Positions 19,864 through 33,096 of a stretch of 64,000 nt of DNA are shown here, piece after piece. The translations under genes and the position numbers were made by a program. The DNA is taken from NCBI GenBank assembly GCA_964016885.1, contig OZ024745.1:32178001-32242000 (forward strand), given 5' to 3'. The notes beneath the pieces are model-generated. The model was not told where the DNA came from. It made no database searches and was given only the letters and a program-made list of their open reading frames with translations. The stretch comes from Eledone cirrhosa. Lineage: Eukaryota. The stretch's first letter is position 1; each line of letters starts with the position of its first letter.

Positions 19864-20266
19864 ATATATAGTAAAACCTACTCCAGCCAGTAGGCATCTC
19901 TAACAAAATACACCCCGTCCCACCACCACCACCCCCACCCCATCCACACCACCCCGTTCTATGTAAAGTTATGTTGGTGCCGCGCCATCGAGGCCGAAAC
20001 AAATGAGATCGTGTAGGTGTCACGACAAAAAAACACACAGTCCACGCTGTAATGTGGCCGTGTAGGCAACACGGTAAAAACCTCCCAGACCCACACTGTA
20101 AATGTGGTTGGTGTTAGGAAGGGCATCCAACGGTAGAAAACCTGCCAGACAGTCCTATGCGAGCAAGACAATCACTCTTGCCTCAAGTGGGACTACCCCC
20201 GTCCAAACCCATGCAAGCGTGGAACACGGACGTTAAACGTTGATGATGATGATGATGATGATGATA
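18545..20266 (+). mobile_element. RTE-clade LINE, 5'-truncated, with intact RT frame, 3' UTR and (GAT)n tail
   Basis: Same family as 2..1282; ends CGGACGTTAAACGTT(GAT)n followed by (TA)n. Confidence 0.93.
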
Positions 20267-20418
20267 TATCTATATATATATATATATATTTTTAGGGTAA
20301 ATATTGATGCAATTCAATTCAAGCACTCAACGTACTTTTTTCACATCGGAGTGACGGAGTAAATATCGAATAATGAAAAGCGAAGTAGTTTCAGATGTTC
20401 AAGTCCTTTAATAATAAT

Positions 20419-20492
20419 GCTGTGATATATATTTCAGTGACGACACTGGCCACACTGTTCTGCGTGCGAGTGTCGTGTCATCATCAGACAGC
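20419..20492 (-). ncRNA. Type-I hammerhead-like motif with extended helix II
   Basis: GCUGU-CUGAUGA-[UGAC ACGACACU...AGUGUCGU CACU]-GAAA-UAUAUA-UC^ACAGC: 5-bp helix I and palindromic helix III; base of helix II is non-canonical. Confidence 0.7.
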
Positions 20493-21514
20493 TTGTTACA
20501 TAATAAGGTTATGCTTCCGAGGCAATCCAAATTGGATCGACAAGGGAACGGATGAATTGCGTGTTCTTGGGTTTTTCGTCCTCTCTCTCGTGAGTACCAA
20601 TTCACCCCCACCGGCCTGCGCAAGCGCATGTCTGAAGGAAGTTGACCATTCGCCACCGCAGACTTTAACGAAATTTGCTTAGTCAGTTAACCCTGTCATC
20701 CAAAACAATGGCCCACCAATGCCTGTACCATATTTTACTGCTACCCATCACGGCTGTGGCAGTCAGCCGAGAGCCAGAGGGGATGGGAGAGTTAGTTTTT
20801 ACAGGTCATAATACTACCCCTCACTAAGCGTTGACGGTACAACTGACCATCACCTTATTAGGGAAAATAAACTTATTCTAGGTATCTTGGTTTTACGTTG
20901 GAAGTTAAGAGTGAGAGTTGGAAATAAAAATTAAAATCCTAAATCAAATATCAGAAATTATAAATTAAACAATTAAGAAATTAACAATTAGAAATTAAAG
21001 AATTAAAAAAAATTCTTTTCAGGTGATAATTCGGATTGGGGTGAGTAAAAATATAGACTGAAGTGAGTAAATAATATGGAGAGAGGTGCTTAAGTAATAT
21101 GTTCTGAGAGGCATTCTAGTGTCACAGTTACTCTATCCACATATTGAACGACGGTGTCGTACATTATAACTACAGGGCTCCAGGCATTAGTGAATCTGGT
21201 ACACAGTCCTACTTTCCATCACATGGAACAAAATCAAAGAAAAACAGACATAAAGTACACAAAAGAAAAGAACAGAATCAACAGTGAATAAATGCAAAAA
21301 CACAGAGTACATATATGATCCATATGATTGTCCATCTGTCCATATATAGGTTGAATTGAGGGGGCCTCTGTTCAAGTGCGATTTGGTGCAGGCCGGTGGG
21401 GGTGAATTGGTACTCACAAGGGAGCGGATGAAAAACCCAAGAACACGCAATTCATCCGTTCCCTTGTCGATCCAATTTGGATTGCCCCGGAAACATAACC
21501 TTATTATGTAACAA

Positions 21515-21588
21515 GCTGCCTGATGATGACACGACATTCGCACACAGAACAGTGTGGCCAGTGTCGTCACTGAAATATATATCACAGC
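21515..21588 (+). ncRNA. Second (inverted) copy of the extended-helix-II hammerhead motif
   Basis: GCUGC-CUGAUGA...GAAAUAUAUAUC^ACAGC; one helix I mismatch relative to copy 1. Confidence 0.62.
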
Positions 21589-21742
21589 ATTATTATTAAA
21601 GGACTTGAACATCTGAAACTACTTCGCTTTTCATTATTCTATATATATATATATATATATGTATGTATATATGTATGTATAAATGTATGTATGTATATAT
21701 GTATGTATAAATGTATGTATGTATAAATGTATGTATGTATAT

Positions 21743-22317
21743 ATGTATCCCAGTACAACCTGTCTCATGGTTGGGTCGTTGGCAACTAAACTGGCAACCC
21801 CACCAAGGTTTCTTGGTGAGGAGGGTGACTTTGGACATCCTGCAGGACTAAAAACAAAACCTGTCAAAGGGCAAAGGAGCTCTTAAGAGACAATGGCCAT
21901 CCAAAATCACCGGGAGAGATGACCCCTTAGCCTTTGTCAAGGCAGAATTCTAGGAGAAGGAAAACTCTGATATAACACCTGCAACCCTGATGGTATCCAA
22001 TGATGTTGACTTGTTCTTTTTGGTAAATATCATCTTGGTTAAGAGAGTGGGACTGGCTTTGTGCAGTGCCTTTGCTCACTATAAAAGCTTCACGGCACAG
22101 GCATTGCTTTATATCTGGAGATCTCTCTGCACTTGTCGTCACAAGGTACCATGGGCCCAGCACTATGTGTCACTGTTTGTCACAAGTGTAGTTTTTGTAC
22201 CAGAGTTTTCAAGTCGCTGGCTGGACTAAAAAGTCACACTCGTTCAGCGCATCGGTAGGGGTTCTCCTACATGGATATAAAGTAGTGGCCGTACTCAAAA
22301 ACGAGTTGGCAGCCACC
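21743..22317 (+). mobile_element. Non-autonomous bipartite RTE derivative, copy 2 (5' end ~35 nt shorter)
   Basis: Near-identical to the reverse complement of 14016-14594, with the same 3' end GGCAGCCACC followed by AT repeats. Confidence 0.7.
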
Positions 22318-23456
22318 ATGTATATATGTATGAATATATATATATACATGTATTTATATATGTATATATATACATGTGTATATATATATATACATGTATA
22401 TATATATATAAACATGTATATATATATATATACATGTATATATATATACATGTATATATATATATAAATATATATATGTAAATGATGATGACGATGATGA
22501 TATGTATATATATATATGTGTGTATATATATATATATGTATGTGTGTATGAGTGTATGTGTGATTGTATGTATGTGTGTATGTATAAATATGTTCTAGAT
22601 ACAACTAAGCTCAAAGAAAAAAAAATCTCAATACATTTATGCCCATTAACATGCTACATCCATTGAAGTATGTTCACTTCATTTCCCTCAAGCCTTTACA
22701 TATCCTATGTATTTACTGCCCATTTCTCACTTCTATGTAAAACCACACTTTACATGCAAGCATCATATACTTTACATTTAAGTAACCATGGCTGACTAAA
22801 CATGTGTTTTCCTTCTGGAAAAAGAAAAAAAAAATGTTTTTTTGTTTTGTTTTTTCATTTCTTAATCTTCTTATGCTTGTCTATCTTTTTATTTATTTTT
22901 CTATTTTTCATTCTATCTTCTGATAGAGGACTAAACATTAACACTATTTTCTTACTATATTAAACATTGAAGTTATATATACCTTCATTGTACTGTATTA
23001 TTTTCCTTTGTCATTTTTATCATAGAGAGAGCGAAAGAAAAGGGAGCTCACTTACTTATGAACAGAATATATTCCTAGGGTTTATAAGTTCAAATGCTTA
23101 TAAATTCAACATTATTTTTGTCAATACTGTACACCACATGGAAAAAAAGGTTTGAGCAGAATAGCTATACCTCAATGGCACTCAACAATATATTTACTAT
23201 ATTTTACCAACCTAAAATAGTATTATAATATATAAATAACATAATAATAATTATTATGGTAATAAAGTGACTTTGGTAACTTGGCTGCCACAATGTTATT
23301 GCCACAAACAGTGTCCCTCCTCATGCTTTATGGGGGACATGTTTAAGCAAATCTTAAAATATGTTACTATTAGAGTACTCAATACAGAAACAGTTGAATG
23401 ATCTTCTTTAAAGTAAGACAATGGGTTTACAAATACTGTTGTGTCATTGAAAATTT

Positions 23457-23555
23457 CTGGGGTCAATATGATTGATTAAAATCCTTTCAAGGTGGTACCC
23501 CATCATAGCTTCAGTCTCATGCTCGAAACCAGTAAAAGAATAAGAAGATAAAGAA
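23457..23555 (+). mobile_element. SINE 3' part with a CR1-derived tail
   Basis: GGTGGTACCCCATCATAGC...GAAACCAGTAAAAGA resembles the 3' end of the LINE at 16468-16524. Related minus-strand tails occur near 46920-46965 and 51980-52060. Confidence 0.6.
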
Positions 23556-23748
23556 TATATATATATATCCTTGAAAGGATTTTAATCAATAATATTGACC
23601 CCAGAAATTTTCAATGACCCACGCTAGCATGGGTTAGATGGTATATATATATATATATACCATCTAACCCATGCTAGCGTGGAAGAATGGACATGTATGT
23701 ATGTATGTATGTATGTATGTATGTATGTATGTATGTATGTGTGTATGT

Positions 23749-23814
<66 letters not shown>

Positions 23815-24269
23815 ATATATATATGTATAGATATATATTAAATGCATTCACATATGCATACATATTATTGTGGAAATGCATCTATGCATACACATACACA
23901 CATAATACAATATCATTTTTTTTATCATTTCATTTGCAAAATAACGTATTTTTAAAAAAAAACAAGATTAAGATAAATAAAAAATTCAAGATTGGAAATT
24001 TGAAAGTTTCTCTAAAAGATTTTTTCCAAACTTTCCAATTTTTGTAGAATTTTCAGATAAATCTATTTTGACAACTGCACCCACACCCCACACACACAAC
24101 ACAGGACACCTTACTATCATTTGTATTTTTATTTTTACTTTTTTTTATGTTATTGCACCACTAGAAACTCTAGAATTTTCAAAAGCTAACATTCCATGGA
24201 ATCTTGAACAATTAACCCAATTGAACCAATCCTCTATTAAGGAATGGTGGATAACATTTGTTGATGAGT

Positions 24270-25900
24270 CTTTAAGATCTTGAAGTCGTATGTCACTAGT
24301 GTTTATAGTGGATAGAGCTGTGCATATCCTTTTGGCGAAAGTGTATGGTAAATTTATTTTAGTGTGTCTCAAGTGACATGGAAAGGAAAATAAATATTGT
24401 TTAGAGTCTCTATTTGGTTGTTGTCATGTTTCTTTTACTAAAATATTTAAGAATAGCAGTTTCTCTTGACTGTATCCCATTATTATTCACATTATAGAGT
24501 AGGACAGTATCGATAGTGTCACACTTGCTTCGTGATCTAAGTTCATCCTTACGGGGTTGATAAAATAACGCACCAGTAATGCATTGGTGTTGATTTAATC
24601 AACTTTTCCCTTCCCTTCAAATTGCTGGCCTTGTGCCATATGTAAAAACAATTATTTATATCATAGATTATTACTTTAGGTTAATTAAATTTCTCTATTT
24701 TTTCATTCCATATAATAAAGCAATTGTCAAGAATTCTTTTCCAGTTCTCTTTTATATATTGATAAAAAGAGGTTCCACGTTTTTGTAATAATTCTTGATA
24801 CATTGAAATCTCCAAATAGCCCCCTACTAAATGTTAATGGTGGTGATGATGATGATATGATTATTATATTAAACATAGGTAGATTTTGGTGTCAAACTTT
24901 GGGTAAAAATGTGAATTTTATACACTGAAACATATAATAGCTATTTTGTAGAAAGAATTTAAAAATTTTAATTGTTAATTCCTTTTCTATTCGTTATGGT
25001 ATGCCATTTGTATAACTATCCAACCAGAATTTTAGGGTCTCAAATCCATAATCATAAAGGATATTTGTAAATAAATTCATTACATTAAAAGATACAATTA
25101 GGGATTTTTCATTGACTGTTTCTGAAAGGTGATTTAGCACATCTAAATCATTTCTTATAAAATTTGTAATATGTTTAAGAAATGATTTCAGTTGGATGTC
25201 TAAACAATTGCTTAGACAGTAAATTTCACATACTGGACCAACTTCTATTGGTTTTAATTTAAAATCAATTTGTGAAAAAATACTAACGCATATATTTGTG
25301 AATTCTTTACATGCTTCCTTTATCATTTTACTTTAGTGAATTTTTGGTAAACCATAGAAATGACTAGATTTCATTTAATGTTAGCTATGTATTCACATTA
25401 TTTATCCTTTCGACAGAAGTGTGACAACACTGAGATTTTTCATTATTCTCTAAGGTTGTATTTTTTAACCTTTCCCAAGTGTGTATTGTCTTATATCATA
25501 GATAAAACAAGGTTTTTATAAAATTTGGTATCCATCAATATAAATGCACTTTCTTTATTGGCTTCTTTAAATGTCAGTTCATTATGTTTTTCCATTTAGT
25601 ATTGCTGAACTCTGTTTATGTGTGCTTTTATATAGAAATTTCAAAATGTGGTGACAAAAATCATCAGGTGAAGAATAGTTTCTAACAATCAGCTCGTCAT
25701 TGCTATCCTTATCAAATAATTCTTTTGTAAGCTGCAATTTTCTGCACAACTATGAAATGTCATCTTTTATTTCATTGTAGCTAGTTCTTAGAGGGATTAG
25801 GATAAATTTTAGTACTTTTGCTAGTATATTGATTTATGGTATTTTTAATGTTTTCTTTGATAAATTTGTAACATTTATTTCTTTTCATTTCTCCTATTCC
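24270..25900 (-). pseudogene. Decayed Penelope-like RT ORF, interrupted by a Nin-type SINE (~24530-24655)
   Basis: LDIQLKSFLKHITNFIRNDLDVLNHL...LIVSFNVMNLFTNI (PLE SFDV.SLFTNIP motif) and RHTKINLPYTFAKRICT (PLE thumb region). Confidence 0.7.
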
Positions 25901-26796
25901 TCTGCACAAGGTCTAAAAAATGGCTGCAGTAATTATGTTGGTCCAGTTATTTGTATTTATCACTTTGTTAGTGACTTTATTGCCTAAGATTGTTAGATAT
26001 GTTTTCAAATTTTACGTTCTAGTATAGTTTAGAATAGGTACACTATATCCCTGCATGTTGTAAGAAGTGACTTAAAGGGTTATAAAACATTGCTTCAAAA
26101 AGTATTGCTCAACAGATACTAGCAAGGAAAAGTCAACATAAAAACAACGATGATGATAATGGATGAGTTTTAGAATGATTTCTCTGTTTATTTCTCATTG
26201 TCAAAGAAATGTTGTTCCTATTTCTGATATGAAGATGAGTTACTTTAAAGTTGGTTTTCTGCATAAATTAATTACTTGATTTTCTTATAGGTTATTTAAT
26301 GTTTTTTCTTTTCTTTTTTTAGGAAAGGGTTGTTGGAATTGTTCATTTTCACATTCCTCTTACAACGATTTTTAAAAGTAGTTCTTTTGTTGTTTTATTC
26401 ATTGTTAATATGTTTGTCAATGCTTTTGTATTTTTGTTTGATTGTTTGGGCTCTTAACTTTAATCGTTCTATTTTGGGCTCTTAACTTTAATCGTTCCAT
26501 TATTGTTCCGTTTCTTCTGGGATAGGTTCTCACCATTAATGTTCCCATCAACTCTGTCTGCCTTCCCCACCTTAATCCCATTTCTTTCACTAAACATAGA
26601 AAATAGTTGTTAAATGATGATGATAATGATGATTATTATTATTATAGAGACTATCATTGTATTAATGTATATAAAACAGATTTGTGTGACCATGGCTGGA
26701 GTGACTCTTGACCTACTTCATCAAAGCTGACCTGAAGCTAAATAGTAACCTATCACTACTCAGATTTAATTAACTTAATTAAACAGAAACTGATGA

Positions 26797-26910
26797 GTGT
26801 TTCAGTCCCTGGGATGTAAATCCAGTGTTTCGTTCCCTGGGATGTAAATCCAGTGTTTCATTCCCTGGGATGTAAATCTAGTGTTTCAGTCCAATTCTGG
26901 GATGTAAAAC
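26797..26910. repeat. 28-bp tandem repeat, about 4 copies
   Basis: Unit AGTGTTTCAGTCCCTGGGATGTAAATCC, head-to-tail with no spacers. Confidence 0.9.
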
Positions 26911-27514
26911 TGCCTGTAATAGACCTAGCTCCCTTTTTCGAAGTGAAGAATGGGCTTCAATTTGGTTAATGCTAGATAAACTGGATATAAAAATATGGCA
27001 CTATGGATTATTGTAATTCCAATAAGGTGGTAGATTTAATCTGTTAGCCAAGTTAAAGCTACCACCCAACCTTTAACCCATTCTGTTGCCAGGATTCAGA
27101 CCAAAGACCTGGTCTGAGAATACCAAGATCTCCCAACAATATCAGGAACCCTAAAAAAACACTATTGACACTGCTCTTCCTTCTCTCACTAAACTATAAA
27201 ATAAAGATAAAATAGAAAACAATTGCTGTATTTAGTTGTGCATAATACAGACGTTTTTTTAATGCAAAATAACATGATCATAAGATTTCTACAATGTTAA
27301 CTTAACAGCAAGAGCACTTTTACACACTAAACCATTGAGTTCAAAGCTCATATTATACAGCTGTGATGTCCCCATTAATTTTTAGTAGTCAGTGAACACA
27401 CAGATTTTATGTAAGGCAATGTATTTTTCTGTGATAAAAGGATGTGTGCACTGAATGTAAGTATAACTATTAATTACAATATTTATTTTAGGTAACTTAC
27501 ATTTTGTACACATA

Positions 27515-27701
27515 CAAGGGTCAGCTGAAAAGTTCATAGGCTGACTATGAAGGAGCTGTGAAGTCTTGCATATATTGATTTCAAATCTTCTTATTAATAA
27601 CAGCATTGTTTCTTTCCAAGAACCATGTTGAAAAATAAATCTCATTTGGTCATTCCATGAGAGTATCTTGATAAGCCTATGAACTTTCCAGCTGATCCTC
27701 A
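27515..27701. mobile_element. Mariner-type MITE
   Basis: Terminal inverted repeats CAAGGGTCAGCTGAAAAGTTCATAGGCT / AGCCTATGAACTTTCCAGCTGATCCTCA, flanked by TA. Confidence 0.8.
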
Positions 27702-27789
27702 TATTAATATCTTTCATGCTCTAGTTGTAAAACATATGTGTATGTGCACATGCACAAAGGTTTAGGGAATGATATACAAGAGATATTTT

Positions 27790-28146
27790 CTGGGATGTGC
27801 AATGTCAATGTGCGTGAACGGCCGAGCATGGATGTGTTGAGAGAGCAACTGTGTCTGAGAGGGATAAATTGTAGTGTGCAAGAGAGCAGACTGCGATGGT
27901 ATGGACATGTGATGCTCATGGAGGATGACCAATGGGTAAAGAAGTGCCAAGAAATCCTTGTTGAAGGAAGACGTAGTAGAGGAAGACCACGAAAAACATG
28001 GGCGGAGGTGGTGAGAGCAGACCTCAGATCGCTGAAACTCACGGTGGAGATGACGAAGGACCGTGACAAGTGGAAAGATGCTGTGCTGAATAGGACACGT
28101 CCCACCTTGTAAACAGGGAAAAGCGGACGTAAAATGATGATGATGA
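27790..28146 (+). mobile_element. RTE 3' fragment (third family, very short 3' UTR)
   Basis: MCNVNVRER...RLRWYGHVM...GRPRKTW...RTRPTL* followed by CAGGGAAAAGCGGACGTAAAA(TGA)n. Confidence 0.85.
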
Positions 28147-28739
28147 GTTACAACTGCATGGCTGCACATTATGCATGAAAAAAATGACAGCTTGTAACAA
28201 AAATTAGTCTTTTATCTAAGAGAGAAACCAATAACTTATTCTGAAGCGATGAATCAGTAGGAATGGTACAGCACAAAAATAAACACTTCATAGTATTTAG
28301 TTGATTCTCTCTCTGTCATGTTCTGAGTTCAAATCCAATGAAGGTTGACTTTTCTATTCAATCCACCAAAGTTCAAACTCCATTGTAAGTTTGTTGAATC
28401 AACTCTACTTCACTTCATTCCTTGTGAAAATTAATCCCATACCTACTAAATCAAGTCAATAAAGGAGCCACTGTGTGACTTACTGATGAAGTGCCTATGA
28501 GGGCACACTGAGCCTGCAAGGAATATGAGTCAAAACGCTCTTAGACAACATTTTAACATCCTGCAGTAGAAAAAAACAACCTAATAACTCATTTGATACA
28601 AACCTGCCTGAAACCACTGCTCATTCTATGATTTTTTTTAAAATGCTTTAAAGTATTCATATTTATCTAAAGTCCTTCCGCCATAATTTTATGTCAGAAC
28701 CATTATGTTCCAAACAGCAATTTAATAATGAAAAAGTTA

Positions 28740-29491
28740 GTTATATTACTATAACTACAGTTATATTAATACAACTACAGTAATATTACTATAACTATAG
28801 TAATATTACTATAACTATAGTAATATTACTATAACTATAGTAATATTACTATAACTATAATAATATTACTATAACTATAGTAACCTTACTATAACTATAG
28901 TAACCTTACTATAACTACAGTTATAGTAATATTACTACAGTTATATTACTATAACTACAGTTATATTACAATAATTATAGTAATATTATTATAACTACAG
29001 TTATAGTAATATTACTACAGTTATATTACTATAACTATAGTAGTATTACTATAACTACAGTAATATTACTATAACTACAGTAATATTACTAGAATTATAG
29101 TATTATTACTATAACGACAGTTACTCAGTTATATTATATAACTATAGTAATATTACTATAACCATAGTAATATTACTATAACCATAGTAATATTACTATA
29201 ACCATAGTAATATTACTATAACCATAGTAATATTACTATAACCATAGTAATATTACTATAGTAATATTACTATAACCATAGTAATATTACTATAACTATA
29301 GTAATATTACTATAACTATAGTAATATTACTATAACTATAGTAATATTACTATAACTATAGTAATATTACTATAACTATAGTAATATTACTATAACTATA
29401 GTAATATTACTATAACTATAATATTACTATAACTATAATAATATTACTATAACTATAATAATATTACTATAACTACTGTTATATTACTATA
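28740..29491. repeat. ~20-bp minisatellite (TAATATTACTATAACTATAG) built from an 18-bp palindrome
   Basis: Direct reading; includes 19-bp and shorter variant blocks. Confidence 0.95.
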
Positions 29492-31300
29492 TCTCAATGT
29501 TCTTCACTATATTTTGTCTCATACAGAGTTTTCATTTACAATATGGTAAGTAAAGGGTTAAATAAGATATTTTTTTTAGATATTCAGTACCAAAACCACA
29601 GCAAATTCATGGCTATAATGTCTTTTATAAGGTCTGCTCAATCAAGGCTGACCTAGAGTTAAACAGCAATAACAACAACAACAAACTAATTTTTGTTTAT
29701 TCTGAATTGAATACAACAAAGTTCAAGAGTCATTTTCAACTCCTTGGTTATATATACCTCACTTCGACATTACAAATACACTTGGTAATTGAATGAACAC
29801 AACATCCCCACCACCTACCACTCCTCTATAAATCTGAAACTCTATGTCTAACTAAAAAAAATGGTCATTTTCTTTTTTCTTTTTGTTCATTCAAGTTGAA
29901 AACCTGACTTGAAGTTTTGATTAAATTCTCAAGAAAAACAATACTTTTTTTCAAAACATCATCTTTAATATGTCTTAACATTTCTGTTTTCTATTTTTGA
30001 AAGAAAATCTCATTAGAACAACTTTTATTTGGTGGTTGCCACTGATGACTTTCCTGTATATTTTTTTTAACTTTCAATTACAAGAGTTAATCAAGTGAAT
30101 AGAAAAAAAAAACTAAAAAAAAATGTAATGTCAGTTAAATAAAATTAACAGATGTTAATGAAATGACACAGAGAATTAAAATAAAATTAAGGTTCATGGA
30201 AGTGGTAGAAGTAGATGTAATTATTTGCAGCTGTATGTGCAAATGATGAGTCACTAAGCATGGCATTTAAGAGTCAAATGGATTGCAGTATTGCAAAGTT
30301 GGTCAAGCAGTTAGCAGCAGTTATAATCTTGAGTGAGGAGTATAAAGGGACATAATTGGTGTCAGAGATGGTGGCAAGTGGAGCAACAATTATTATAGTA
30401 GGTAGCAATTTTGTGACAGCATAGATTGACTAAGAAAGGATTTGCTTGTTGTTAATACTGTAGTAATTTTCATTTTTGTATTTCTTGTTGATCTACAACT
30501 ATTGACGTATCCTTGCCCTAACAAAAGATAACATTTAACAATATGTGTGTGTGGGGGGGTGTTGAAGTGGTGTTTCGTATTATTGTTGGTTAGTTATGTC
30601 ACCACCAAAATATACAAACCGCTAACATAAAGCTGTAGTAGCTAAGATTTAGGTCAAGAGAATGTCTGCAAAAAGTTAGATGAAAAAATGCAATAATCTA
30701 GAAGAAATATATTGGACTTTGTCAGTATTTAAATTAGTTCTAACATATTTAGTGCTGCGAACATTAAAAAGCTAATGAGAAAAATATATGAAATATGTTC
30801 CGAGAAACACAAAAACAATATTAGTCAATGGCTGTTATTATTTTCAATTATTTTTTTCTGTATGTGAGACAACACTTGACATACTTTCATCATATTCTGA
30901 CCTCTGCAATGAAGGACAGCCTTAACTAAGTTAGCCAAAGTCGACTTTCTTTAATATTAATCACTCATCAAGCCAAAGAAACCTCGACAATATAACATGA
31001 CCTGCTATAAGTAGTTGTTAAATTTCCCTCAAATCATATTCCACTGTATTGAATAAGGAAAAACCACTAAAATACACAATGATCATGGTAGGAATGATAT
31101 TTTTTATCTTAGTTTTTTTGCTTAATCAAGTTTGACATGGGACTAATTAACAACAGCAACAACAACTAATGAATCAATAATAAAGTAGGAGAATAATTTG
31201 ATTATTTTCCAGATAGATTAAGGCAGAGTTATATTTCTTACCTAATATACAACACTATTCTGCTAAAGATACCAAATTCATATTGATTTTTGTGACTTAG

Positions 31301-31520
31301 CCTTTTAGCATTTACATTACTCTATATTTTCTATTGTATTTTCATGGTAAAGGCTTTATCTCACATAATATCTCACAAAATATCGAATCTATGAGATTTT
31401 GATATTATTTATTTCAAGAACATTACCTTAATATCAGTATGAGCGGCCAGTTACAGCCGGTTTGAACAGAAAGAGGTGAGAGAATTCTGGCTGGATATGG
31501 CCGATTTAAATACTAAAGAG
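31301..31520. mobile_element. piggyBac-like MITE (decayed copy)
   Basis: Homologous to 50970-51191; ends TAAAGAG-TTAA. Confidence 0.65.
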
Positions 31521-32199
31521 TTAAATACTTCTAGAAAATGAGTCTTAAATTTCTTTTTGAGGTTTTAACTTATGAATGTAGAATCAGTTGTTGAACACAT
31601 TAACTACACGGTGATTGTGTGGCCACACAAAGTAGTAATATATAAAATGGTTGGGGATAAGAAGGGCATCCAGCCATAGAAATCCTATCAAACAAAGGTT
31701 TGGGAGGACCATCAGTTGTGTCAGAGACATGACAACCTTCCCTGTGAATTCAGTGGAACGTGAAATTGTACATAAGTGAGACACAGATCCCTGGCCTTTC
31801 TGGGAGATCAGTGGTTCTGCATTCAACCCTTGCTTGCAGAGAAATCAAACATTAAAATGAGGAAAATGATGATGATGCTTAGCAGGTTTGAAGTGGAAGA
31901 AATGGTAGGGGTCAGACTAAAAATGTCTCACTTGGTTTCATTTCTCAACATTTTAAGTACAAAACTTGCCATGACTAACTTTGACCTTCATTTCTCTAAA
32001 GCTGATTGCTGGAGCAAATAGAACAAGATCAGAACAAAAAGGAAATACAGAGGAGCAAGGGTAGTCATTGAGAAGGTCATAGGATGTGTGACAAAAGAGC
32101 TTTGACAATTAAAAACATGACACGGTTATACGTGAATTTCTTTTGATCAGACACACATGTCAATATTTTAAGGGCGTTCTATGAGCTCCTTTATCAATT

Positions 32200-32348
32200 T
32201 CTGATTTAGGCAAAAGATCAACAATTTAGGGAAGGGGAAGTCGATTAAATCAGCACCAGTGCATTATTGGTACTTTATCACCATAAGGATGAAAGGAGAA
32301 GCTAACTTCGGTGGGATTTGAACTCAGAACATAAAGGGATGTAACTTT
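32200..32348 (-). mobile_element. Nin-type SINE
   Basis: Reverse complement of the 5270-5628 family. Confidence 0.75.
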
Positions 32349-32564
32349 CGGTCATAATATATGTATTTTCATAAGAGTCTAGCTTCATATAGAAATCCCG
32401 CAAAGTACAATAGAGAAATTAAATAATGAATAAACAAAATAAAGAATGTACTGAGGGGAGGAACTGGGAAATGTAATCTATATGTGACATATTGTATGCT
32501 TTGCTTGCTGATATATATATGTAGTGAGCTTTATAAATATATGTATATTTACATATATATTTAT

Positions 32565-32782
32565 GTTTACTCAGCTGTAGAAATGAGATGATAGGGACTG
32601 GGGTCCCTATCATTCCATTGCAAAGTGGTCGTGGAGGTGCCACGGCAAAAAAGCACCCAGCACTCACTGTAAATGAGGAAGGGCATCCAGCTGTAGAAAT
32701 CAGGCCAGAATCAGTTCCCGTCCCACCCTTGCAAGCAGGGAAAAGCGGGCGTAAAATGAAATGAAATGAAAAATGAAAAATG
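32565..32782 (+). mobile_element. CORE-type SINE, 5'-truncated
   Basis: Matches 48480-48720. Confidence 0.85.
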
Positions 32783-32891
32783 AATATGTAAATATAATCA
32801 TATATTTAGATTTACACATTCAAACTTATACATACTCACTCACATACATCTATTTACTACACCTTTCTCTGTCTCTGTCTCTCTCTCTCTC

Positions 32892-32935
<44 letters not shown>

Positions 32936-33063
32936 GTGAGGTTTTTTTTACAAAATGAAAAATAACCGAGGTGTCCTACACGAGTGAAAGTATAAGGGAA
33001 AAAGATGAAATCGAAAATGCAACTAGAGTCTTTTTTTTTTTAAATATATATTTATTTTGGTTC

Positions 33064-33096
33064 CTTTACCGGTTTCGCAGTTCTGCTTTTCAAAAG
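33064..33096 (-). ncRNA. Minimal hammerhead ribozyme, U3-A8 core variant
   Basis: CUU-UUGAAAA-GCA(GAAC)UGC-GAAA-CCGG-UA^AAG with palindromic helix III ACCGGU. Confidence 0.72.

Larger units (their letters stand above)
20291..21639 (-). mobile_element. Penelope-like element remnant with ~250-bp inverted terminal repeats (20368-20619 and 21388-21639)
   Basis: The inverted repeats are visible directly and each holds a hammerhead motif. Minus-strand KSHLNRGPLNSTYIW weakly resembles a PLE C-terminus. (TA)n on both sides. Confidence 0.65.

Noticed and set aside
20395-20682. Duplicated 95/141-aa ORFs (20395..20682 and 21187..21612) as genes
   Set aside because: They are readings of the inverted terminal repeats, antisense to the hammerheads, with no recognisable protein motif.
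26797-26910. CRISPR-like repeat (GTTTCAGTCCC...GGGATGTAAA)
   Set aside because: Units are directly adjacent with no unique spacers, there are no cas genes, and the context is eukaryotic.
28483-28530. Possible hammerhead CTGATGA-AGTGCC...GGCAC
   Set aside because: A helix II-like stem is present, but no GAAA follows and there is no helix I or III.
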